This document shows positions 45,105 through 55,041 of a stretch of DNA of 64,000 nt, one piece after another; positions within the stretch are counted from its first letter, which is position 1; the number at the start of each line of letters is the position of its first letter. The stretch is from Babesia bigemina (lineage: Eukaryota). A program made the position numbers and the translations under genes. The notes under the pieces are model-generated. The model searched no databases. It saw only the letters and a program-made list of their open reading frames with translations, and had not been told where the DNA came from. The stretch lies in NCBI RefSeq assembly GCF_000981445.1, contig NC_027216.1:1550001-1614000 (forward strand), in the 5' to 3' direction.

Positions 45105-48011
45105 CTACATCTGAGCTACCCATTCCTTGGAGTAGTAGTTCTCGATCTGGATGGTAGACAGGACGACACCCTTGATAGTGATGCATCGGCATTCAAGTGG
45201 CGGCGACTGGCGCAGGGTCTCCCCGGGTCCTATATTATCACTGTCGAACTTTAGAATGATGAAATGGTTGGAACGCGTCGTAAACATCGATTCGCTCAAT
45301 TCGCCTAGGTCCTTCACTTCACCGTTCACGGAGACATTGTTGAAGCAATTGGGCGGGTCCAGGACGTAAGGTGCTGGGCAGTAGAACGCCGCTTCCTTAT
45401 CATCTTGAAGATCTATCTTGCAACCCATTTCCTGTCCGTCCGCATCGTGGATTTTGGTTGTCTCTGGCTTGAATAACTCAGTGGACTCATAGGTAACGCC
45501 GCAGCCTTGCATGTAGGGGTCAGTGGTCTCCAGGTTTACCTCAACGACGTGCCAACTGTACAATGCCAATGACTCAATGCCACTAACATTGCGATTTGCA
45601 GATTCGTGTGACGTTGGCACGTTACCTGTGACTAAGGACAACTCCGACGGTTCAGGTGCTTTACCACAAATAAATGTCATAGGCAGATACTTTTTGTGAA
45701 TTGGATCTTTAGATATAAAAATAGCACTTCTACGAGATGTAATCATCATCATTTGAGATCCAGGGGATGTCACGCTTAAGTCATAATAAAATTTTAACCC
45801 ATTTGGTGTAGTAATGATAGAGTCGTTGTGTGCCGTTTTTACAAGCTCAGGCCCATGTTCGGTGTTTTCAATCGTAAAGTGGAACTTTCTAACTTGCTTA
45901 GGAAACCATGTCGTTTTTGGCACATTGCCTCGGAAATTAGTGTTCACATTGGCTCTATAACCTAACCATACGTTCAGATCAATCGCACAACGCAATACAA
46001 CGCTTGTACCCACGTTTAGTATAACCGTTTTCCTAGATGTGTTGTTTATTATAAACGATTTCTGTAATTCCATTCCCTCAACTCCTAATCCGACCTCACT
46101 CCAAGGCATCGCAATGGAAGGACGTAACGTATTAGGCGTGTGTTCGTGACGCACTGTATAGCGATACGTTTCGTTATGGTTGTGCTCTAAAACGAGCCTA
46201 GAGGTTTCGTAACCATGTTGGTTAACACAGACGCAAGCATAACTGATGGGGTTATTTTGGAATCCCATGTCGAACACCTGAAATCCTCTAATTGGATGTG
46301 GAGTTGTTTTACGCAACGACCCTGACATTGGAACTATGTTGTTTGAGTACAGATCGTACCCCAAGGAATCGCAGTTACTCGGCAGCAATTCCTCATCTGC
46401 TTTGCAGTAAATACCGGCATGGCCACCGTAGCGTATAACATCATACATGCATTCGTATGTGTTCCCTATGCCATTGCCAAACGATTTGTTTGAACAATAA
46501 TGCATGCTCATTGCGGGATCGAACACGCATTTCCCCCCTCTATTGCAACCAACAATCTCATAGTCATGGGTGAACGCAAAGGAAACATTTACTATGGCGC
46601 GAATCCGATCCAAGACATACTCGTTTCCCGACTTCAATGTCCAATGAAAGAAGAACGAGTTTGGCCCTCCCACTAAAGTGAGGGGTTTGCCTATATGGTA
46701 CTTCAGCTTCACTTCGCCCTGTGCCATTTGTGAAACGTCCAATTCTAGCGCATCGCCAGCAAGCGCTTTGTTATACGAAGTTTCTTCGTAAATGTCGCCA
46801 TCATAGATGCTCGCCAGTTGCCGTAGTGTATTCAAATCTTTTGGCAGAAATTCAGTTTCGAAGTCATATAGAGACAATTGTTGCCGCCATGGACCAGGCA
46901 AGGGTGCATCGTCTGTGGACGCCGAATTAGCATTTGCAATTGGAAATCGGATGGTCAACGTGCTCCCAGGATGGAGTAGAACAGTACACCATGGGCCATT
47001 AAAAGGATGAATTCGGTTACGGAATATCTTGCTGGTAATGTCACAAGTGTACTCTGTTTTCGGACGTATCTCTATTCTGGCTTTCACTTGACCTGTTTCG
47101 GAATCAAGGCACTGGCATTCGCCACCGAATGTCGGCGATGCTAATTTATTAAAATATTGTGCTACCACCCAAGGTTGATGGTACTCGAACTTCCAATAAG
47201 AATATGGTCGAGGAACGGTAACAGTGTCCCCACTCTTGTTTAAGAGTAGCCTCAGGCAATCGTCAGGTACAAGCACGCCTTCGCATATAAACCCTATACG
47301 TGATTTTGACATAGGGTCTACTATGCAGGACCGCGTGCCCGTGAGCGGATCGACGGTTACTGCACTATCCGTAGCAAACAGTGGTGAGGGGCGGCTGCCA
47401 CAGCCTTGAAGTGGTAGATGAGGACGCCGTATGTTTACGAAAACCACTCCTAATCCTTTCCCCATCGTTTTAATCTCGTGTGTCAAAGGCGTGATAATGT
47501 TACCAGGAAGCGCATCGGGTTCAGCAACACTGAGACGGTCAAGGTGACGCTGCACCGTATCGCTCAAGACCAAATCTACAGGGCCGCAAATGAATATCAA
47601 ACAACGTTTTGTTGTGGCATATATCTCACCCATCGGGAAATCCAAGTTTATTATTGTTTGTGATTCATCCGCTTTTACCGAAATGTATGAAGCATGTGTA
47701 TCGGTTAACACCACATCGGTAACCGCAACGGAACGAAACCTACCGTTTCCACTTACGTATGTTTTGAGGTTGTTGATTTCACTTGATGTTGATCGAGGAT
47801 GCCAAACGTAATCATTGTCGTTAAGTCGATTTGGACATATCGCACTAGCGGATCCGACATGATCGATGTCCATGTGACACCAAAATACGGATTCTCTGCT
47901 AGGTACGCTAAGACGATTGCCGAAATCACAGAGCAATGCATCCGCATATCTATTCCAATGCATATATAATGCGCATAATGACAGCAGAGACACCAAGCAA
48001 TAGGATCGCAT
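45105..48011 (-). CDS. Secreted 6-Cys (s48/45 domain)-like protein, 968 aa
   Basis: Signal peptide; repeated GC...GFICE..PDDCL, GIYCK..PSNCD, AFYCP..PPNCF and CxC motifs, characteristic of s48/45 domains. Confidence 0.7.
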   Translation of the reverse strand: MRSYCLVSLLSLCALYMHWNRYADALLCDFGNRLSVPSRESVFWCHMDIDHVGSASAICPNRLNDNDYVWHPRSTSSEINNLKTYVSGNGRFRSVAVTDVVLTDTHASYISVKADESQTIINLDFPMGEIYATTKRCLIFICGPVDLVLSDTVQRHLDRLSVAEPDALPGNIITPLTHEIKTMGKGLGVVFVNIRRPHLPLQGCGSRPSPLFATDSAVTVDPLTGTRSCIVDPMSKSRIGFICEGVLVPDDCLRLLLNKSGDTVTVPRPYSYWKFEYHQPWVVAQYFNKLASPTFGGECQCLDSETGQVKARIEIRPKTEYTCDITSKIFRNRIHPFNGPWCTVLLHPGSTLTIRFPIANANSASTDDAPLPGPWRQQLSLYDFETEFLPKDLNTLRQLASIYDGDIYEETSYNKALAGDALELDVSQMAQGEVKLKYHIGKPLTLVGGPNSFFFHWTLKSGNEYVLDRIRAIVNVSFAFTHDYEIVGCNRGGKCVFDPAMSMHYCSNKSFGNGIGNTYECMYDVIRYGGHAGIYCKADEELLPSNCDSLGYDLYSNNIVPMSGSLRKTTPHPIRGFQVFDMGFQNNPISYACVCVNQHGYETSRLVLEHNHNETYRYTVRHEHTPNTLRPSIAMPWSEVGLGVEGMELQKSFIINNTSRKTVILNVGTSVVLRCAIDLNVWLGYRANVNTNFRGNVPKTTWFPKQVRKFHFTIENTEHGPELVKTAHNDSIITTPNGLKFYYDLSVTSPGSQMMMITSRRSAIFISKDPIHKKYLPMTFICGKAPEPSELSLVTGNVPTSHESANRNVSGIESLALYSWHVVEVNLETTDPYMQGCGVTYESTELFKPETTKIHDADGQEMGCKIDLQDDKEAAFYCPAPYVLDPPNCFNNVSVNGEVKDLGELSESMFTTRSNHFIILKFDSDNIGPGETLRQSPPLECRCITIKGVVLSTIQIENYYSKEWVAQM

Positions 48012-48897
48012 TGTTACTGCCGGCGATACCTGGCACCGTCAGACCTATCTATGTAACTGCTTTCAAAAACCACGCGAAACAACTGCATCACATTACGCAC
48101 CTATGACGTGCATACTTTGGGGAGGTAAAATATCAAAATTATAAACGTCAACAAGATGGCTAGCGCTTCAGGTTGCAGTCTAGTTAGTTAAGGCGTTAAC
48201 TTTGCGGGTCGCCTCCGAATACTCGGAATTTCGTACGTATATGAAGCAAAATAACTCATATTAATTGTTATAAAAATTTTGCTAGCATATTCACGTGTTA
48301 CGATACGGCAGCAACTGCGTAACACCTAGGATGGCAAAGCGTAAAAAACCACCAACCTAAGGCGCCAATGACGACCCACTATATTTTAGTGAACCAGATT
48401 GTCAGCTTAATTCGATCACAAATCGTCCATGTTTATCGCCATCACGTGTCATCATATTGAGCTGAGTAGACACCGTTGAGCAATTATTCATTGAATCAGT
48501 CATGGCGCAATTCAGCACGTAAACGCGCACCATTTCAATCAACTGGAGTGCAGATACAACATGTTGTGCAATAATAATCATCGTTAAACTATGAACTTCT
48601 ATTATGCTTGGTTTTTGGCATGCTATTGCACAACGGCCCCTATGGATAGGTTATTCTGGCCACCGTCGGTATGCATCCGTGAGGTTTTCAATCGCCTATC
48701 GCCACGACGCTTCGCAATCACAACGCTGCAAATGTAATGAACATTTCTTTTAACATGACCATTGCCTCCGCTATACCTGCCGAAAGCTCTTGCACTTACT
48801 ACGTTATCGCGTAAGGATGCCTCCACTTTTCACCACATACGGTAGCGCTTTGAACGGGTAGTTAAACTCTTCGACATTGTGTATATACAGAATATGA

Positions 48898-51800
48898 TTA
48901 GCTATCATTCTCAACTGGCGCCTCTCCCGGTATCAGGACTGACTTGATGTCCGGCGGCAGTTTTTCCAAAGCGTTCGACAGGATGTCGTGATGGTACTCC
49001 TCGACGAAACGATAGAGTTTGTGTGGCCACGGTAGACGCCAATTCGCAACGCGCTTCACAACTGCGCACCACTCGTACCCTGCGTTGGGCTCCGCCTTAA
49101 CACAGCCGTTGATCACCTCCTTGATGGCCTCAGAGTCGCCCCCTTCAAGCTCGAACGCGAGGAACGTCCCCCATACTATTCCATTGGTGTCGTCCAGTGC
49201 GAGCGCACGTTGGAACCACTTGCGAGCCTTGAGCGTCTTCTTGTCCCGCCAGAACAATCGAGCGGCTGCCATCACAACTATCGGTGAGTTGGGGCACTGG
49301 TTCAGTGCATCAACTGCCTTGGAGTTCTGCGCGTTCTTCTCCTCGAGGAAAATGGCCCGAGCCCAGAGACAACCTGACTCCGGGAACTCTTGTAAAGCAG
49401 ATGAGATCATGAAATGAGCATTAGTCGCGCTACCACACTCCAGTTCTATATCGATAGCGCGCAGCCATAGCAGATCGCATGTCTTCATGATCGTCTCAAC
49501 GAGGCCATCTACCAGCTCCTGATCTTCCTCTTGTGACGTCACTTCGCCTTCCGGGTGGTTGGAAGCCGCCTTGGCGATGCGCACGAGTTCGGTCTGGGAC
49601 AACCGCTTGGTGTTAACGGTTACCACCTTCTCCGACTGCTTGAGGCGCGGCCCGAGGATGCATCTGATTTTCGTTTTGGCCATGTCCACCATCGCCCTGG
49701 CCTTCGCCTGTTCGTCGTTGCGCATTAGCGCCTCCAGGGCGAGCAGCCACAAGGCGGTGCTCCATGGGCAGTTTTCGGTGCCGCACTTGAAAATACCCAC
49801 CGCTTCGAGTAAGTTGGGTTCTGGAAGCTCTAGGCGCATTTGCCCCGCTATCATCCACAACTTGTCGAAGTAGGGATGCAACTGCAGCGCCTCCTCACAC
49901 ATGTCGATGGCCACGCTATAATTGCCCAGCTGCCGCTCCAGCTGTACACTCTGCATCCAAATCTTGCGCGTACCACACTGCTTCCGCGCGCGCACCAACA
50001 GCTCACGCGCTCGGTCGAATTCGTCGTGTTCCCTCTCGAGCTTAACTGCAGCCAGGGAGATGGCCTCCGACTCTTGGTTCTTGGAATGCGCGTCAGCTAG
50101 AATGGCACGCGCAGCCTCAACATCGCCTTGCAACCACTTGTGTTTGGCTAACATGAGCCACAGAATTTCGGAGTTGGGGCAGTACTTGGTGGCCTGTGTA
50201 AGCACGTCGTCGACATCAGTCGGCGAGCCATGCTTCGTCTCCAACTCTGCCAGCGCCAGCCAGAGCGACTTTTTCGTCTTCATTTGATCCAGTGCGCTGC
50301 GATACACTGCCCTAGCGCATCCGTATAAGCCCTTCTCCTCGAACTGCTCACCATCCTGGAGCCAAGAATCCAGGTACATTGAGGGATCGAGACCCGTGGT
50401 CATCGTGCACTTTACAATGGCCTGGGCGGTAGCCACAAATGAGTTGTTTTCGCACACTTCGGCATTCTTCAGCCAGTTGGAACGCACGTGTATGACACCC
50501 TTCTTGGTAAGGTTCTCCAGACCACGTGCGATGATCTTCTCAACCTGAACAACGGTGATGCAACTGAGAAAACCCGACCCACCATAGGCTTGTTACCGTT
50601 CGACTCCTCCAGTTTAGCAGCCGTTATCCAGATATCTGGGTTCGTGGGCAGCTGCTTCCTCGCCTCGTTCAGCACCTTCTGGGCCTCCTGGTATGGGCAT
50701 AGCCTCGCCAGGGCCAGCCAAAGGTCAACGGAGTCAGGCACGCACTCCACGGCGCGCTTTAGCATGATGTAGGCATTGGTTTCATCTTCGAGCGATATTG
50801 CGTCCTTCCAAAGACGCACTGAGTTGGGCACGAACTCGAGTGCCTTTCTGAGTATGCGGCGCTTGTCATTCGTGTTACTTTCGCGGTTGGCAGCCTCCAC
50901 CCATATCTTCACGGACTTCGGAACCATGCGCACCGCCTTGGCCAAAACCGCCTTTGCGTACTCCGGCTTCTCCAAGCGCGCAGCCTCTAACCATACATCC
51001 TCGCGGTCGCCGCACTTCTCACACGCCTGAGCGATGATCTCTCGCGCACTCGACAGCTTCCCAGCAAGTTCCTCGATGCGCGCAGCGGCGATCCATCCGG
51101 GTGCATGGGTGGGGTTGGTGGCGATGACCGACTTTAGCAGTGTACGCGCCTTCTTGATGTCTGCAATGTCGCTGTCGCTCTTGATGTTCATGGCATTCAA
51201 ATCTGTCAGGTAACCCTTGGGGTCGACCACCGTCTGGCCGCTGAGGTTGTCCATGACCTTGTCGAGTGTGATGGAGAGAACGGCGCCCCTGGCCTCACCC
51301 AGGTCGTTCAGCGAGCTGGTCGTGCCCGCCGGTGTCCGCATCACCGAGACGGATCGGGCCCCCAGGGGAGTGGCACTGCCACCCATGATGCCCAGCGGAG
51401 TGGCGAACCCGAGCGGGGTTGACGTGCCGATGCTGGTATCGCTCTGCATGTGTGCGCGCGCGGAGTAGAGCAGCGAGTCCGGAGCCGCCGTGTACTGCGG
51501 CTGCCTTTTGTTCTGCTGTTTGCGCTTCAACGAATAGTCACCGATCGACGGGATGGACTCCCAGTCCTCCATCGTTAGAGCCTCCAACTCACGCTTCAGA
51601 GGCGCCAGTTGCTGGTGAATCGTCGGCTTCTCCGACCGCTGCCGGTTGACCTCCGCCTTGATCTGCGATTCGCGCCGCGATCGACGCCGATCATCCATAC
51701 GCATATCAATCGACTCGTATATGAGGTCCGCTTCGCGATCTTCATCGTCGTACTCTGCGTCTTGGAACAGGTGTTCGTTCTCGAGGTTCACCGTGTCCTC

Positions 51801-52139
51801 GCCGCCCACGACGGAGCGGTCCAAAGCGTCGGCTACATCGTCTCGAGAGACACCGCCGGCGAAACTGGTGGCTCCACGACCTCTACCGGGAACATAACCT
51901 GGCGGAGGCTTGCCGAACGGGCTGCAACGCATATAAGTGTGGAAGGCTCAACCTACTCGGATGCCGTGGCTGCTGCATAACCAAAGTCAGCTCTGGTGGT
52001 GAAAGCGGTCGCCCTGAACGGCCGTTTTGAGCATAAACCACGTGTAAACCCACCCTCTACCGGCGCCCGGGGCGTAATGTGCCGGCGCGCTGCTCGCCGG
52101 AGGCGGGACGAACTTGCGCGCTCCAGGAAGGAGAGACAT
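48898..52139 (-). CDS. PRP6: Pre-mRNA splicing factor Prp6 (HAT repeats), 4 exons
   Basis: YAPGAGRG|ATAFTTRADFG, SGQTVVDPKGYLTDL, DIKKARTLLKSV..TNP.HAPGWIAAAR and HAT repeats; ATG 52139 reached through two short introns. Confidence 0.95.
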
Positions 52140-52288
52140 CTGCGTTCCGTGGCAACCTCACATGGGACTCAAAAGTTTAATTCGTTGCGGTGGGATATTT
52201 ATTTAGCGCCATGGTCCGCTGACGGCGGCGCAAGACACCACAGCGCTGCGCACGACCAACCGCTGCAGCGGCAACACGCAAAGCATCG

Positions 52289-52531
52289 ATGGCGTTGCGA
52301 AGATTCGGTAGACAAGTGTTTTCAGTGGTGAGTTGTGTACATGTGTGCCCCTATCGTGTGCAGAAGGGGCTGTGCTTCGCGTTCGGCGCAGGTTACCTGT
52401 ACATCCTGAAGCAGTACTTCTGCCTGGAGTACTACCACTACCGGCGCAAGCGCGCGCTGGTGAAGCACGACGCCGACCCCGCGCAGATGAACATGATTAT
52501 GGTAGAGCGCCACTTTAAGGGAAAGAGTTAG
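52289..52531 (+). CDS. Small (68 aa spliced) putative single-TM protein, possibly mitochondrial
   Basis: 36-nt GTGAGT...CAG intron 52328-52363; C/G-ending codon bias in exon 2; Arg-rich N-terminus MALRRFGRQ. Confidence 0.6.
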   Translation: MALRRFGRQVFSVVSCVHVCPYRVQKGLCFAFGAGYLYILKQYFCLEYYHYRRKRALVKHDADPAQMNMIMVERHFKGKS

Positions 52532-54527
52532 CGTTGAGGAACCACTCGTTCCTGTATATGCGCATCGCCAGGTACTTCGCCACTTGCCGCAGCTGCGAGA
52601 AGCGGCGCCGGACGACCGAGTGCTCCTCCACCAACGCGGAAGTGCAGCAGAGGATGAGCACCGCCTTGATGCAGCACTTCATCCAGAACGCGTAGCGCAG
52701 GCTCAGGAAGCCCATGCTGCAGAAGAAGCAGCAGAGATGCGGGCCAAAACGGCGGATCGCAGCCAGAACCGCGTTCACACACCACACGAACGACTCGCAA
52801 TACTCCACCGTCGTAACCAGGGTGCTGCGTAGACTCTTCGGGATGCTCGAACTGAGCAGCAGCGCCATAGTCTTGATAGAGATGTTCTCCTTTCGGTTGA
52901 GCGACGTGTTCAACTTCGAAAACAACTTTACGTCATCAATAAAATCATGCTTTGAGACGCACTTCATGTTGCGCTGGTGCCTGTCTTCAGGCTCGACGGC
53001 GGAGACCGGCTCCTCCTCCTCGACCATCTCGCGGATGGTCTTCTCAAGGCCTTCACCGCTTTGTGTCAGCCGGCGACTGGCCTCGATAACGTCGCCGAAG
53101 TCGTGCTGGTACTGCTTCAACGACGTGTTGTGCAGGTACATGGTGATGAACCCGAGCAGGAAGCACGACACCGTGAGTGTCTTCCCGTCCAAAATGAAAC
53201 CCAGCATTATGATAGCAACGAAGACGTAGAAGTACTGCTGATGCGCTTCTCTACCCGAGGAGAAACCGAGGTGACAGTTCAGCATCGTTAGCTGAGCCCG
53301 GAGCTCGAACACACGCGTCACGATTGAGCACAACGAATCGTTGCGTTCGTGGGTATCTTTGGACCTCCCCGGCGGGACGTTCATCAGGGCCATCAACTCC
53401 GTCTTGAAATCTATGGGCGTCTTGGACACCAACTTGAGCGATATTGACGTGTAATAGTAGGTCTCCAGCGAGTGCTCGCAGCAAACCTGGTAGTCGTGGC
53501 AGCAGGGGCAGGGGCTGTAGTTGATGCCACGCAGCTGCTTGGGCACGTCAACGAGCCGGCAGCACGTACAGTTTTCCTGGGTGAAGAAAATCTTCTTCAC
53601 GTTCATCTCGAAAGTCTCCAACTTGCTGTCCTCTTGGTGAATATCGTAGACTGGCTTCTCTTTAGTATAGTTCTTTTCCCTCATCATCTTGACCACAGTC
53701 TCGGATTCGTTTTTATATTTCTTATCAGGATCCAGTTCCTTACGCCCTACCGGTCGCGCGTAATTCGTGCCGCCTTTGCCGCCATCGCTGTCCGACATGC
53801 TGGCAGCGCCTTGGTCCTTCGAGTTTGCCGGCCACGGGAGTGGCGCCTCATGCGGGTCGCAGCGGAAGTCGAAGTACTTGTTGAGGACCTTCTCGTGCAC
53901 CGTCAGCGTGTTTGAGGCGAGGAAGACGCAGACGCGACAGGCGCAGCAAACGCGCTTGTTCTCGATGAACGGCTTGCCGTTAACTGTGGGATAGTACAAT
54001 ATTCCTCCGGGGTTGTAATGAACAAACATGGGGTTAACACGGAATGCGCACACCATGTCGTAACGCTGCGCGGGCACCAGCAAGCTCAGCTCGATGTTGC
54101 ACCAGGATATCAGCACCTCGTCCGTGGGCTCGTTCCTCAGCATCGGCCGGATGAGCTCGTCCACGGACTTCTCGGTCAGCCGCAGCTGCACGCACTCGTA
54201 CAGCTTCAACGTCAGCAGCGAGTTGGGCGAATACACGCGCAGCCGGATCACGTTGCCGAAGATGTCGTCCTCATGGGCCAGCACTCGGCTCTTGTACATG
54301 AGCTTGCCATCCAGGTACACGTCGATGCGGGGCTTGTAAATAGCGCAGGGCAGAAACGAGTAGTCTTCCGCAATGAATGATAGGAACTGGTTCAAGTGCA
54401 GGTCCAACACCGCGTACTCCCGGTAGCCGGTTTCGCCACCATCTGCATCCTGCTGTGCCGCCGCCTCCTTGGCACCGGGCATCTTCGTTGCCGGCGTAGC
54501 AGCCTTGCTATCGACCTCTGACGGCAT
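52515..54527 (-). CDS. Hypothetical membrane protein with C2-like N-terminal domain and C-terminal TM segments
   Basis: 670-aa ORF with typical codon usage; beta-rich C2-like pattern (PRIDVYLDG..KSRV..IRLRVYSPNSLLTLKLYE); two hydrophobic hairpins. Confidence 0.7.
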   Translation of the reverse strand: MPSEVDSKAATPATKMPGAKEAAAQQDADGGETGYREYAVLDLHLNQFLSFIAEDYSFLPCAIYKPRIDVYLDGKLMYKSRVLAHEDDIFGNVIRLRVYSPNSLLTLKLYECVQLRLTEKSVDELIRPMLRNEPTDEVLISWCNIELSLLVPAQRYDMVCAFRVNPMFVHYNPGGILYYPTVNGKPFIENKRVCCACRVCVFLASNTLTVHEKVLNKYFDFRCDPHEAPLPWPANSKDQGAASMSDSDGGKGGTNYARPVGRKELDPDKKYKNESETVVKMMREKNYTKEKPVYDIHQEDSKLETFEMNVKKIFFTQENCTCCRLVDVPKQLRGINYSPCPCCHDYQVCCEHSLETYYYTSISLKLVSKTPIDFKTELMALMNVPPGRSKDTHERNDSLCSIVTRVFELRAQLTMLNCHLGFSSGREAHQQYFYVFVAIIMLGFILDGKTLTVSCFLLGFITMYLHNTSLKQYQHDFGDVIEASRRLTQSGEGLEKTIREMVEEEEPVSAVEPEDRHQRNMKCVSKHDFIDDVKLFSKLNTSLNRKENISIKTMALLLSSSIPKSLRSTLVTTVEYCESFVWCVNAVLAAIRRFGPHLCCFFCSMGFLSLRYAFWMKCCIKAVLILCCTSALVEEHSVVRRRFSQLRQVAKYLAMRIYRNEWFLNANSFP

Positions 54528-55041
54528 TGTGTGCGAACACAGTTCACGGTGTAGCCTAGGTTGTTCACAATGCAGCGCTCAGCCGGTACTCGGACGACAC
54601 CGAAGAGTCTTGAGCAAACGTTCTTCTTCCACGCACCGAGATATGGCGCGCTGATGCTCAGCCGATTATGACGACGTCATGACAACGCAGTGGTACGTTT
54701 CCGTTGCGAATAACGCTAAAGAGAGGCCTTCTTCTGCGTGCACTAAAGCACAGAGCGATTGCCTCTCGAACAAAACCAAATATAACGAATGTGTATAATG
54801 TACATGAAAGATCAAACCCTAAACGTCAAATTTCGCCGTTCAACTCGGTGTAAACACCGGAACTTAAGTCACACCCACGCGCGCCTCACTCAGGTGACGT
54901 GCTCACATGTGACGAATTCGACGCGTCTACCGGTTCCGTCACTGTAAAATGGATTCGCGAACATTCGCGTAGCGCTCCAAAATACCTTAGCAATATATCT
55001 CAGGCAGGTGTGGTTGTTTGGAGCGAGATTCAGTGTTTGAG

